Assembly: GCA_022793815.1 (NCBI GenBank)
Contig: JAAWDP010000011.1
Location: 89,457 to 153,456, forward strand
DNA from: Clostridia bacterium
GTDB taxonomy: Bacteria > Bacillota > Clostridia > Christensenellales > Pumilibacteraceae
DNA: 64,000 nucleotides
Reading direction: 5' to 3'
The position numbers were made by a program, and so were the translations under genes. This document shows, piece by piece, positions 53,961 through 64,000 of this stretch (within the stretch, counting starts at the first letter, position 1; each line of letters starts with the position of its first letter). Below the pieces are notes generated by a model. That model was not told where the DNA came from. It was given only the letters and a program-made list of their open reading frames with translations, and made no database searches.

Positions 53961-56183
53961 ATGCGTTATATCAACAAGGAATACGGTTTTACTTTCCGTC
54001 CCCCTTTCTTCGATAAATTTTACGAAGAGAAACCGGAGGGACCTCCTCTCACCGAACAAAATTTTCCGGGCAAATACATTCAGGGCATAGGTTACGACTA
54101 TTCCGCCATAAACGGCGCAATGCTCGTCGGCAAGCACGGCTCGCTCTGGGGCATAAAGGTAAGTTATTTTCATGGGAACAAGTGGTTCGATAACGACGAC
54201 TTTATTTTGAATATGGCGTCGTCCTGCGCGAACACCGCCGACGGCAGTTACGCGCACTTTTCCAGCGGACCTCTGTCTGTGAACTGGGTCAAGCATAACG
54301 AACAGTCCATGATAATACAGGTATCGTCAAAGCGTAAACTTCGCGTCCGCGTTATCTTCTATCCGTGTTACGATTTCCTCGGCGAGCTGTCTATCGAGGG
54401 TTCGTATGTCAAGGGCAGAAGCCCTTACGTCGGCATAATCGGCGGAAACATATCGCTCGGCGACGGCAATGCGGTTTACAAAGAACGCTATCAGGTCATT
54501 GCCGACGACAGACCCGAGCGCGAATACTTTATGGCTCAGTCGCTTTCCAAACCGTCGGATTCGGCAAACGGCGCGTTCAACGAAGCGATAATGGAGTTCG
54601 TCATAAACAAAAACCAGCCCAGCGTTTATCTCTATGCCGTGGTCGGCGACGAAAATATATTCGACCTCGAAATACCGCGGCTCGACAAGATAGTGAAACA
54701 GATAGAAACGGCGGAACTGCGATACGGCGTCAACAAGACTATGGGCAGCGGCGTGCTCGGCGGCGGAGTGGAAAAAATGCTTAACTCCGTGCTGTGGTCG
54801 CGCATATACTATCCGTATCTTCTTACCGAAATCTATTCTCCAGGACGCACCGCTCTCGACAACAATTTCGATTTGGACGGCACGCGCGAGAACTGTGCCG
54901 CGCTGCTCGGGTCGCTTACGGGCGCGGAAAAGGCTCTCGGACAGCTCGCATACACCGTCGAGGACAAAATAATGTCCGTGCTGACGCTGTGGCATATATT
55001 CGCGCGCTGCACCGACAGAAACGCCGTGCTCGGACACTACAAAAAGCTTACCGAACTTTATCCGCCGAAATCCGAACTCGTGGTATCCGACCCCGACAAA
55101 AACGAAGTGGCGTATAAATGGGATGACTCGCCGCTTAAAGAGAAATATATACCGTCGGCTATGTACAGCCTCGATTTGTCCTGCCTTAAAATGCTCGCGT
55201 TCGATATCCTGCGCCGAATCGCACTGTATTTCGGATTTCCCGAACATGAACAATATACGAAAGCCTACGACGAAATGTCCCAGCTGGTGAACGATACGTT
55301 TTGGAACGAGCCTGCGGGGCTGTACATGAACAGATACGTAATGGGGCAGTGGGCGAACAGCTACGGCGCCACGTGTTTCTATCCGCTCATAGCCGGCGCC
55401 GTCGACTCGCCTGACAAACTGTCGAAGCTGGTAAACGTGCTGACCGACTCCAAAAAGTTTTGGGGTAAATACGTCATTCCCACGCTGTCGATAGATAATT
55501 ACGAGTACGCAAAAAAGGGCAGACCCAATAACAACGGACACCGTCGTGCGCCGTATCTCGACTACCGCGGCAGTATAGTGCCCTATGTCAATTATATTAT
55601 CTATCACGGGCTGTGCCGCTACGGACTCGATGAAATAGCCGGGCAAATCGCGCTCAAAAGCGCTAAGCTTTGGTCGGATAACGAAAGCGACAACGTAGTC
55701 AATTATTCGCTCTATCTTCCTACGGGCAAGCGAGTGAAGTCCAAAGCCCACCTGTCCGCAAACGGCAATATGCTCGCTCTTATGGGTATGCAGGAGCTTT
55801 TGGATTCCGAATATTTCCGCAACGACCTTAAAATCCAGTCGGTGCGCTTCGGTACTTTCGTCGAGGGTGAAAACTCGCTTTCCAACGTGCGTCTGCTTTC
55901 TCATGCGTACAGCGTGGACGTGAATGACAACGAAACCATATTGATAGTCGACGGTATCAAACTCTTCCGCGGCGAAGGCGGCAAATTCGTTGTGCGCAAT
56001 TTTGCTCAAACCAAAAACGGCTGTGAATTTCTTATCGACGCAAGAGCGAATATCACGGTGAATCTGAGCGTGCCGAATTCCGATAAAAAGCTCGTCAAAT
56101 ATTTCTTTATCGTTCCGTGCGGCAAATCCAAAGTCGTGGCGGAAGGGGGTATGGTGAACATACAGCCGGTTGTTCCGTCGTAA
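53961..56183 (+). CDS. Putative (alpha/alpha)6-barrel glycoside hydrolase, GH63/MGH1-like
   Basis: 740 aa. KWDDSPL resembles the G(L/W)DD(Y/S)P acid motif of GH63-type enzymes. FWGKYVIPTLS and PYVNYIIYHGL blocks resemble trehalase/GH63-clan barrels. The family assignment is tentative. Confidence 0.45.
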   Translation: MRYINKEYGFTFRPPFFDKFYEEKPEGPPLTEQNFPGKYIQGIGYDYSAINGAMLVGKHGSLWGIKVSYFHGNKWFDNDDFILNMASSCANTADGSYAHFSSGPLSVNWVKHNEQSMIIQVSSKRKLRVRVIFYPCYDFLGELSIEGSYVKGRSPYVGIIGGNISLGDGNAVYKERYQVIADDRPEREYFMAQSLSKPSDSANGAFNEAIMEFVINKNQPSVYLYAVVGDENIFDLEIPRLDKIVKQIETAELRYGVNKTMGSGVLGGGVEKMLNSVLWSRIYYPYLLTEIYSPGRTALDNNFDLDGTRENCAALLGSLTGAEKALGQLAYTVEDKIMSVLTLWHIFARCTDRNAVLGHYKKLTELYPPKSELVVSDPDKNEVAYKWDDSPLKEKYIPSAMYSLDLSCLKMLAFDILRRIALYFGFPEHEQYTKAYDEMSQLVNDTFWNEPAGLYMNRYVMGQWANSYGATCFYPLIAGAVDSPDKLSKLVNVLTDSKKFWGKYVIPTLSIDNYEYAKKGRPNNNGHRRAPYLDYRGSIVPYVNYIIYHGLCRYGLDEIAGQIALKSAKLWSDNESDNVVNYSLYLPTGKRVKSKAHLSANGNMLALMGMQELLDSEYFRNDLKIQSVRFGTFVEGENSLSNVRLLSHAYSVDVNDNETILIVDGIKLFRGEGGKFVVRNFAQTKNGCEFLIDARANITVNLSVPNSDKKLVKYFFIVPCGKSKVVAEGGMVNIQPVVPS

Positions 56184-56200
56184 AAGAATATAAAAAAGTT

Positions 56201-56232
56201 ATCCTCCCGAACGGTGTTCGGGAGGATTTTTA
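56201..56232. terminator. Intrinsic terminator after the GH63-like gene (T/A runs on both sides)
   Basis: An 11-bp stem ATCCTCCCGAA / TTCGGGAGGAT, preceded by AAAAAAGTT and followed by TTTTAT. Confidence 0.75.
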
Positions 56233-56454
56233 TATAATCAAGGTTAAAGTGTAACAGCGGCTTTAACCTTGATAAATTCACCCTTAAAATTACGTCTGCT
56301 TCGAAAAACTAAAAACGGTCAAAACCAATATTAAACTTTATCCTTGTGTACTTAGTGTGTATCGCTTTTGCTTGTCGTATGCGTATTTTCTTCAAAAACA
56401 CGACAATTTTATGAAAAATGTATGTACTATGTCAGACAAAGTTCACTATATTCA

Positions 56455-56488
56455 TAAAAAAAGCGACTCTTTCAGGCGAAAGAGCCGC
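56455..56488 (-). terminator. Intrinsic terminator of groESL
   Basis: On the - strand: stem GCGGCTCTTTC / GAAAGAGTCGC with one mismatch, followed by a run of 8 T. It lies 40 nt after the groEL stop. Confidence 0.7.
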
Positions 56489-56528
56489 ATTTTTGTGTTC
56501 GTTTAAATTTGTTTTTGCGACTTCGGAA

Positions 56529-58166
<1,638 letters not shown>

Positions 58167-58181
58167 TTAATCCTCCTTGAA

Positions 58182-58466
58182 TCATTCTATTACGGCAAGT
58201 ACGTCGGACTGCCGCATAATCGTAACGTCTTTACCGTCGACTTTGAATTCGCTGCCCGCGTATTTCGAGCAAAGCACTTTGTCGCCGACTTTGACTTCCA
58301 TAACGACGTCTTTGCCGTCTACGTTGCCGCCGGGACCCACTGCGATGACGCGCGCCATCTGCGGCTTTTCCTGGTCCTTCGCCAAAAGCACGATTCCGCT
58401 TTTGGTTTTTTCTTCCGCTTCGACAGGCTCGACTACGATTCTGTCGAATAAAGGTCTGATTTTCAT
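58182..58466 (-). CDS. groS: Co-chaperonin GroES
   Basis: MKIRPLFDRIVVEP...GIVL mobile loop. 94 aa, 21 nt upstream of groEL. Confidence 0.95.
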   Translation of the reverse strand: MKIRPLFDRIVVEPVEAEEKTKSGIVLLAKDQEKPQMARVIAVGPGGNVDGKDVVMEVKVGDKVLCSKYAGSEFKVDGKDVTIMRQSDVLAVIE

Positions 58467-58530
58467 AAAGCATCCTCCTGAAAATATTATTTACTCGTTT
58501 ATTTCGGTATCGTTGAATGACACCTTGATA

Positions 58531-58617
58531 ATAATAGCGGAAAATTTCATATTTTGCAAGCGTTTTTATAAAAATGCTCGGTTTTGTGTTGCAAAATTTT
58601 TGCTTTTTTGTTATAAT
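58531..58617. promoter_or_regulatory. Divergent promoter region (groES on the - strand, dCMP deaminase on the + strand)
   Basis: On the + strand: TTGCAA (58589-58594), a 17-nt spacer, then TATAAT (58612-58617). On the - strand the same palindromic TTGCAA, an 18-nt spacer, then TATAAA (58570-58565). A second - strand option is TTGCAA (58559-58554), a 17-nt spacer, then TATTAT (58536-58531). Confidence 0.5.
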
Positions 58618-58704
58618 TGATAATTATATAAGGTTTCGCGCGAATAATTCCCTGCGGCTTGGTAGGAATTTAACGCGCAAACGGACTCAGAGGAGAAAAA
58701 AGTC

Positions 58705-59163
58705 ATGGATAAATGGGACAAAAGGTTCATGGAAGTGGCGCGGCTGGTCGCAGGGTGGTCCAGCTGCTATCAGGAAAACAGGCAGGTGGGTGCGGTTATA
58801 GCCAAAGACAAGCGCATTCTAACCACCGGGTACAACGGAGCAAGCTCGGGCATTAAAAGCTGCAAGGAAAAGGGCGTGTGCCTTCGCCGCGAACTCGGCA
58901 TAGCTTCGGGAACTCACCACGAAATCTGCTATGCGACCCACGCCGAGCAAAACGCCATAATACAGGCGGCGCGCATGGGACTCAGCATAGAGAACGCTAC
59001 GCTTTACTGCACGCATCAGCCCTGCGTCATCTGCGCGAAAATGATTATAAACAGCGGTATAAAGCGCGTGGTTTACGAACAGGGCTATCCCGATAAGTTT
59101 TCCATGGAACTCTTTGCGGAAGCGGGCGTCGCAATCGAACGCGCCGACTCTTTGCCGCAGTAG
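58705..59163 (+). CDS. Deoxycytidylate (dCMP) deaminase / ComEB family
   Basis: Zinc motifs HAEQNAI and PCVICAKMI, with the N-terminus WDKRFMEVARLVA. Confidence 0.85.
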   Translation: MDKWDKRFMEVARLVAGWSSCYQENRQVGAVIAKDKRILTTGYNGASSGIKSCKEKGVCLRRELGIASGTHHEICYATHAEQNAIIQAARMGLSIENATLYCTHQPCVICAKMIINSGIKRVVYEQGYPDKFSMELFAEAGVAIERADSLPQ

Positions 59164-59256
59164 TCCGAGAGCAGTCCGAAAAATTCGGCTTTTCGTTTTT
59201 CGCCCGAGCCCGAGCAATGAGCATGGGGCAAATACAAATGTAAAATCGCATAAGGA

Positions 59257-59283
59257 CTCCGCCGTGCGGCGGAGCTTTTTTAT
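59257..59283 (+). terminator. Intrinsic terminator after the deaminase gene
   Basis: Stem CTCCGCC / GGCGGAG with a GTGC loop, followed by CTTTTTTATTT. Confidence 0.65.
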
Positions 59284-59328
59284 TTGACCCGACTGCCGTG
59301 AAAACAAAAATTTTTTTTGTGAAATCGC

Positions 59329-59357
59329 TTGACAAATGCTTTCGGCGGCAGTATAAT
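59329..59357 (+). promoter_or_regulatory. Consensus sigma-A promoter of the ctsR operon
   Basis: TTGACA (59329-59334), a 17-nt spacer, then TATAAT (59352-59357). Confidence 0.7.
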
Positions 59358-59367
59358 ACAAACAGAA

Positions 59368-59404
59368 TTTGACTTTCTTTGACTTTTGACTTTCGACTTT
59401 GACC
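59368..59404 (+). promoter_or_regulatory. CtsR operator array (tandem heptads)
   Basis: TTTGACT-TTC-TTTGACT (59368-59384) is the exact reverse complement of the AGTCAAA-NAN-AGTCAAA CtsR box. It is followed by TTTGACT, TTCGACT and TTTGACC heptads up to 59404, just downstream of the -10. Confidence 0.75.
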
Positions 59405-59466
59405 TTCCGCAGGCAAAGGGCGAAAGCAAAAGGGAATGGATAGCCGATTCGGGAGGTAAAATAAAA

Positions 59467-59934
59467 ATGGCAAACATAAGCGACATAATCGAAAGATTTT
59501 TGCTGGACACGCTCGGCGACAACGAAACGCTGAACATCAGCCGCAACGAGCTTGCAAACTATTTCGCATGTGCGCCCAGTCAGATAAACTACGTGCTGTC
59601 CACGCGGTTCACGCCCGACAGGGGGTATGTCATAGAATCGCGGCGCGGCGGCGGCGGCTACATTACCGTAGTAAAGGTTTCCAAAAGCGGCAACGAAACG
59701 ATAGAAGAGATACTCAACAGCCCGATAAGCGACGGCATAAGTTACAACCGCGCGGCGCAGATACTCGAAAGATTGACCGACAGCGGTATAATAACCGCCC
59801 GCGAGGCAAGACTGATAGAGTCGGGCATAACGGACAGGGCGCTCATCGCGCCCACCGTAGCCAAGGACGGACTTCGGGCGGGCATACTCAAAAGCGTGAT
59901 TTGTCAGTTGCTCAAAGACGGAGCGGACGCATAA
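59467..59934 (+). CDS. ctsR: Class III stress gene repressor CtsR
   Basis: GGGAGG precedes ATG 59467. The sequence MANISDIIERFLL...SQINYVLSTRFTPDRGYVIESRRGGGGYI includes the glycine-rich loop. Confidence 0.92.
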   Translation: MANISDIIERFLLDTLGDNETLNISRNELANYFACAPSQINYVLSTRFTPDRGYVIESRRGGGGYITVVKVSKSGNETIEEILNSPISDGISYNRAAQILERLTDSGIITAREARLIESGITDRALIAPTVAKDGLRAGILKSVICQLLKDGADA

Positions 59935-59947
59935 GGAGGTAAGCGAA

Positions 59948-60463
59948 ATGTTGTGCGACGAATGTCAAAAAAGAGAAGCGGTATTCCACAGCAAGGTGAT
60001 AAAAAACGGAGTCGTCAAAACCCGTCACCTCTGCGCGCAGTGCAGTAAAAAATACAGAGAGGAAGATTCCTTCCTAAAAAATTTCGGCGGCATAGACGAC
60101 CTTTTCTCGTCGTTTGCCGGGCTGATGCTGGGCGACAGCGCTCCTTCGCGCGCGGTCTGCATGAAGTGCGGAACGACTGCGGACGAGTTTTTAAAGACGG
60201 GCTACGTCGGCTGCGGCGAGTGCTATAAAGCATTTGAAAACATCATGACGCCCGCGATTCGCCGCATACATCACGACGTGCGGCACGTCGGAAAAATTCC
60301 CGGCGGCAAAAGCGAGGCTGCGCTCGCAGGCAAGATAGAAAATCTGCGCAGATTGCAGCAGAAGGCGATAGACAGCGAAAACTACGAAGAGGCGTCCAGG
60401 CTTCGCGACGAGATAATCGAACTCAAAAAATCCATGGAAGGAGGCGACGGAAATGAACGCTGA
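59948..60463 (+). CDS. mcsA: Protein-arginine kinase activator McsA
   Basis: Zinc-finger pairs CDEC...CAQC and CMKCG...CGEC. A UVR-like motif ENYEEASRLRDEIIELKK is present. Confidence 0.88.
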   Translation: MLCDECQKREAVFHSKVIKNGVVKTRHLCAQCSKKYREEDSFLKNFGGIDDLFSSFAGLMLGDSAPSRAVCMKCGTTADEFLKTGYVGCGECYKAFENIMTPAIRRIHHDVRHVGKIPGGKSEAALAGKIENLRRLQQKAIDSENYEEASRLRDEIIELKKSMEGGDGNER

Positions 60464-61484
60464 CGGCAACATAGTTATTTCCAGCAGAGTGCGTCTTGCG
60501 CGCAACGTAGAGGGACTTCCGTTTCCGCATAAACTGCGTTACGAGCGCGCGGCGGTCATAGCAAAAGAGGTTTACGACGCGCTTGCGCCCACGGGCACTT
60601 ACAACCTTTACCGCGTAGCAAACTCGGGTGAACTGGACCTCGACGTTCTCAAAGAAAAACATCTGATTTCGGCGGACCTTCTTCATACTGACAACGGCGC
60701 GGCGATTATAAACGACTCCGAAACAGTAAGCGTCATGATTAACGAGGAAGACCATATCCGCGAGCAGTGCATTCTGCGCGGACTCGGACTCGAAAAGGCT
60801 TATGAGCAAATCAACGCCGTGGACGACGCAATCGGCGCAAAAATCAAGTACGCTTTCGACGAGCGCCTCGGCTATCTCACATGCTGTCCGACCAACGTCG
60901 GAACGGGCATGCGCGCGTCGGTAATGCTTTTTCTGCCTGCGCTCGCGCTCACAGACAGCATAGAAAACTGCGTCAGTGCGGTTTCGCGCCTCAACATGAC
61001 CGTGCGCGGAGTGTACGGCGAGGGCAGCAAGGCGGAAGGATTCATCTATCAGGTTTCCAACTGCAAAACTCTCGGGGTCGGCGAAAGCGAAATCGTGTCC
61101 TCCGTGACGAAGTGTATCGACAGCCTCGTCGAGTCCGAACTCATGGCGCGCGACAGACTGTTCCATGCAAACGGCGCCCAAATCCGCGATAAAGTACAGC
61201 GCGCCTGGGGACTGCTCACGAACGCATATTCGCTTTCCACGGAAGAATTCATGTCGCTGATGGCGTTTGTCAAACTCGGAGCATACGAGGGGTACGGACT
61301 CATCGAACTGCGCGACGCCGACCGTTTCGAAAAATTGATTACCGAGGCTCAGCCCGCAAATATAATCAATATAAGCGGTAAGGCTCTCGACGGCGATATG
61401 CGCAGCGTCACCGCGTCGCAGCGCGACATACTCCGCGCTTCATACGTGGCAAAGACTTTGAAGAATGTGGCGTCCCGTAAGTAA
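60453..61484 (+). CDS. mcsB: Protein-arginine kinase McsB
   Basis: The phosphagen-kinase signature CPTNVGTGMRAS and SSRVRLARNVEGLPFP. It overlaps the mcsA end. Confidence 0.9.
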   Translation: MNADGNIVISSRVRLARNVEGLPFPHKLRYERAAVIAKEVYDALAPTGTYNLYRVANSGELDLDVLKEKHLISADLLHTDNGAAIINDSETVSVMINEEDHIREQCILRGLGLEKAYEQINAVDDAIGAKIKYAFDERLGYLTCCPTNVGTGMRASVMLFLPALALTDSIENCVSAVSRLNMTVRGVYGEGSKAEGFIYQVSNCKTLGVGESEIVSSVTKCIDSLVESELMARDRLFHANGAQIRDKVQRAWGLLTNAYSLSTEEFMSLMAFVKLGAYEGYGLIELRDADRFEKLITEAQPANIINISGKALDGDMRSVTASQRDILRASYVAKTLKNVASRK

Positions 61485-61553
61485 GAAAAAACAAGATTAT
61501 ATATAATATAGAATAGAGAGCGCTTCCTTTTCGCGGAAGCAAAGGAGTGAAAC

Positions 61554-63974
61554 ATGCAAATACCCGTTTCCGAAAATCTGAAAAAAGCATTGAATAAAGC
61601 GGAAGAAACCGCATTGACTTACAGCAGCAACGTGATAGGCACCGAACATCTTTTGTACGGCATGCTTCAAACCGAGTGCAAGGCGGGCAGGCTTTTGAGC
61701 GAGCGCGGTGTAAGCGCAGAAACCTTCGAAAGATATTTCGATTCCTGCGAACACTATTCGGGAGTGCGTCCCAAGTTTTCCCAACGCGTCGAGCAGACCC
61801 TGTTTCTCGCATTGCAGATAAGCCGCGAAACGGGTTTCAACGTTGCCCATACCGAGCATGTGCTGTTTGCGCTTTTGCAGGATAACAGCGGCGTGGCGTA
61901 TGCGCTTTTGCAGGACAGGTGCGGCGTGGATATGCGCAGTCTTATGAGCGACATTGTTTCCGCCGTGAACCGAAGCGCAAGCGCGGCGGCGTCGGGCAGC
62001 GACAGCCCCGTAAAACCCCTGCCTGCGCAGTTGAAAGACCTCGGCGTGGACGTGACGCAGAAAGCCCGCGAAAACAAGATAGACCCCATAATCGGCAGAC
62101 AGGAAGAAATAGAACGCATAATCCAGATTCTCTGCCGCAAAACAAAAAACAATCCCGTGCTTATAGGCGAGCCGGGCGTCGGTAAATCCGCAGTCGTCGA
62201 AGGACTGGCAAAAGCCATAGTCGAGGGCAATGTTCCCGAACTGCTTAAAAACAAAATCGTGTTCGGACTGGACATCGGCTCGCTCATGGCGGGAACGCGC
62301 TACCGCGGCGACCTCGAACAAAAACTCAAAGACGCGATTTCGCTTATCCGCGACAGCGGCAATATAATAGTGTTCATAGACGAGATTCATACGCTCGCGC
62401 GCGCAGGGGATAAGGACGGCGAAGTTTCACCCGCGGATATTCTCAAACCCTATCTCGCCCGCGGCGAAATGCAGACGATAGGCGCAACCACCACCGACGA
62501 ATACCGCAAATTCATCGAGGCGGACAAAGCGCTCGAACGCCGCTTCCAGCCCATAATGGTCGAGCCGCCCACGGTGGATCAGACCATAGAAATACTTCGC
62601 GGACTCCGCGAAAATTACGAGGCGTTCCACAAAGTCCGCATAACCGACGGCGCGCTTGTGGCGGCGGCGAAACTTTCCGACAGATATATCACGGACAGAT
62701 TCCTGCCCGATAAGGCGATTGACCTCGTCGACGAGGCGATGAGCCGTGCAAAGGTCAACGGCAACATCGTGCCGCCGGACATCAAGGAAATGGAAAGCAA
62801 ACTTGCCGAACTCGAAGTCAGAAAGAAGGAAGCGTCCTCGCGCGACGATTTCGCGTCGGCGGCAAAACTCCGCGACGAACAAACCGCTTTGCGCAAACGG
62901 ATAGACGAGTGCAAACTCGATTGGAAAAAGCACGGCGAGCAGACGGGCGAATCTATAACCGAGGAGAATATAGCCGAGGTCGTTTCCAAGTGGACGAAAA
63001 TCCCCGTAACGCGCCTCAGCGAAAGCGAAACGCAGCGTCTTATGGGTTTGGAAGAAATACTCCATAAGCGCGTCATAGGTCAGGACGAAGCGGTGGAAAG
63101 CGTGGCAAAAGCCATACGCCGCGCACGCGCCGGGCTCAAAGACCCGAACCGTCCGATAGGCTCGTTCCTTTTCCTCGGACCTACGGGCGTGGGCAAAACC
63201 GAGCTCACAAAGGCGCTCGGCGAGGCGATGTTCGACGACGAAACCGCGGTAATCCGCCTCGACATGTCCGAGTTTATGGAGCCGCACAGCGTTTCCAAAC
63301 TCATCGGCGCACCTCCGGGCTACGTCGGATTCGACGACAACGGCGGACAGCTCACCGAACTCGTGCGGCATAAGCAATATTCGGTAGTGCTTTTCGACGA
63401 AATAGAAAAGGCGCACCCCGACGTTTACAATGTCCTTTTGCAGATTCTCGACGACGGCAGACTGACCGATTCCAAGGGCAGAACGGTTTCGTTCAAGAAC
63501 ACCATAATAATAATGACAAGCAACGTGGGCGTGGCGGAACTGAGTTCGTCGCACCGCGGACTCGGATTTGCCGTCGATTCGGCGGCGGACGAAAAGCGCG
63601 AGAAACAGCGTAGGGAAGAGATACTCATGAACGCATTGAAAAGCAAGTTCAAACCCGAGTTTCTCAACCGTATCGACGTAGTCAGCGTGTTCCATGCATT
63701 GTCCAAAGAGGATATAGGCAAAATTGCCGACATCATGCTCGCGAAGGTCGCAAAGACTCTTTCCGAACGCGGAATCGCTCTCACGGTAACGCCCGCAATG
63801 CGCGACTATATTATAAACAAGGGCTACGACCCCGAGTACGGCGCAAGACCTTTGAGAAGAGTTATCGAGCACAGCGTGGAAAACAACGTCGCGGAGGCTC
63901 TGCTGTCGGGCAAAACCTCGGGCGGCAGAGTGACCGTGGATATAAGCGGCGACGGAACTGTGACGGTTCGCTGA
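61554..63974 (+). CDS. clpC: ATP-dependent Clp protease ATP-binding subunit ClpC
   Basis: Clp_N repeats, Walker A motifs GEPGVGKS and GPTGVGKT, a UVR linker (DFASAAKLRDEQ), and the sensor-2 region GARPLRR. Confidence 0.95.
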   Translation: MQIPVSENLKKALNKAEETALTYSSNVIGTEHLLYGMLQTECKAGRLLSERGVSAETFERYFDSCEHYSGVRPKFSQRVEQTLFLALQISRETGFNVAHTEHVLFALLQDNSGVAYALLQDRCGVDMRSLMSDIVSAVNRSASAAASGSDSPVKPLPAQLKDLGVDVTQKARENKIDPIIGRQEEIERIIQILCRKTKNNPVLIGEPGVGKSAVVEGLAKAIVEGNVPELLKNKIVFGLDIGSLMAGTRYRGDLEQKLKDAISLIRDSGNIIVFIDEIHTLARAGDKDGEVSPADILKPYLARGEMQTIGATTTDEYRKFIEADKALERRFQPIMVEPPTVDQTIEILRGLRENYEAFHKVRITDGALVAAAKLSDRYITDRFLPDKAIDLVDEAMSRAKVNGNIVPPDIKEMESKLAELEVRKKEASSRDDFASAAKLRDEQTALRKRIDECKLDWKKHGEQTGESITEENIAEVVSKWTKIPVTRLSESETQRLMGLEEILHKRVIGQDEAVESVAKAIRRARAGLKDPNRPIGSFLFLGPTGVGKTELTKALGEAMFDDETAVIRLDMSEFMEPHSVSKLIGAPPGYVGFDDNGGQLTELVRHKQYSVVLFDEIEKAHPDVYNVLLQILDDGRLTDSKGRTVSFKNTIIIMTSNVGVAELSSSHRGLGFAVDSAADEKREKQRREEILMNALKSKFKPEFLNRIDVVSVFHALSKEDIGKIADIMLAKVAKTLSERGIALTVTPAMRDYIINKGYDPEYGARPLRRVIEHSVENNVAEALLSGKTSGGRVTVDISGDGTVTVR

Positions 63975-64000
63975 AAAATTCCATTATTTTTCGAAACCCT

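Noticed and set aside
56317-56323. A GGTCAAA heptad downstream of groEL that could be a CtsR half-site
   Set aside because: It is a single heptad with no second repeat at the NAN spacing. It lies downstream of the operon terminator rather than at a promoter.

Overview
The window reads as a chromosomal segment, mostly + strand, from an anaerobic and probably spore-forming Clostridia-type Firmicute. This placement is inferred from gene content only: rnfCDGEAB, an NfnAB-like pair, ctsR-mcsA-mcsB-clpC, groESL, a spoIVFB-like protease and maf-mreB...minD synteny. I support about 55 protein genes. In order they are: nth (cut by the window edge), an NfnAB-like pair, obg, and one ORF fusing NadD+YqeK+RsfS. 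Next come a PAP2 phosphatase and an FMN riboswitch with ribU. Then a translationally coupled block: tsaE-yhbY-tsaB-rimI-hydrolase, a membrane-anchored MurF-like ligase and an SDR. After that: a TfoX-like gene, a low-GC BspA-type LRR lipoprotein, and a 1191-aa four-module surface protein on the - strand. Then a split TSUP/TauE pair, rnfCDGEAB followed by a lipoprotein carrying a flavinylation-type TGAT motif, and an AraC/GH43/xylA/xylB xylose cluster. Then a MATE pump, a polysaccharide deacetylase, and a tandem-OB SSB-like gene. Its 5' and 3' ends are repeated as a deleted remnant on the far side of a second LRR lipoprotein gene. Then an 887-aa beta-propeller/SH3 membrane protein (- strand), ppx/gppA, maf, mreB-like and mgsA, followed by a small low-GC island. 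Then minD, a minE-like gene, a small membrane protein and a spoIVFB-like protease. Then a Zn-ribbon/YcxB-like gene, a DUF4132-like gene, and the radical SAM TIGR03960/TIGR03936 pair with RNase G. Finally a GH63-like hydrolase, groESL (- strand), dCMP deaminase and the ctsR operon. I saw no rRNA, tRNA, CRISPR array, transposase, integrase or recognisable defence system. The most unusual items are the NadD-YqeK-RsfS fusion, the MurF-like ligase with a polytopic membrane N-terminus, the TGAT lipoprotein after rnfB, the duplication/deletion scar around the second LRR cassette, three TATAAT-N5/6-ATG leaderless-looking starts, and groESL without CIRCE. All calls rest on motif recognition by eye. No database search, GC calculation or folding program was run.
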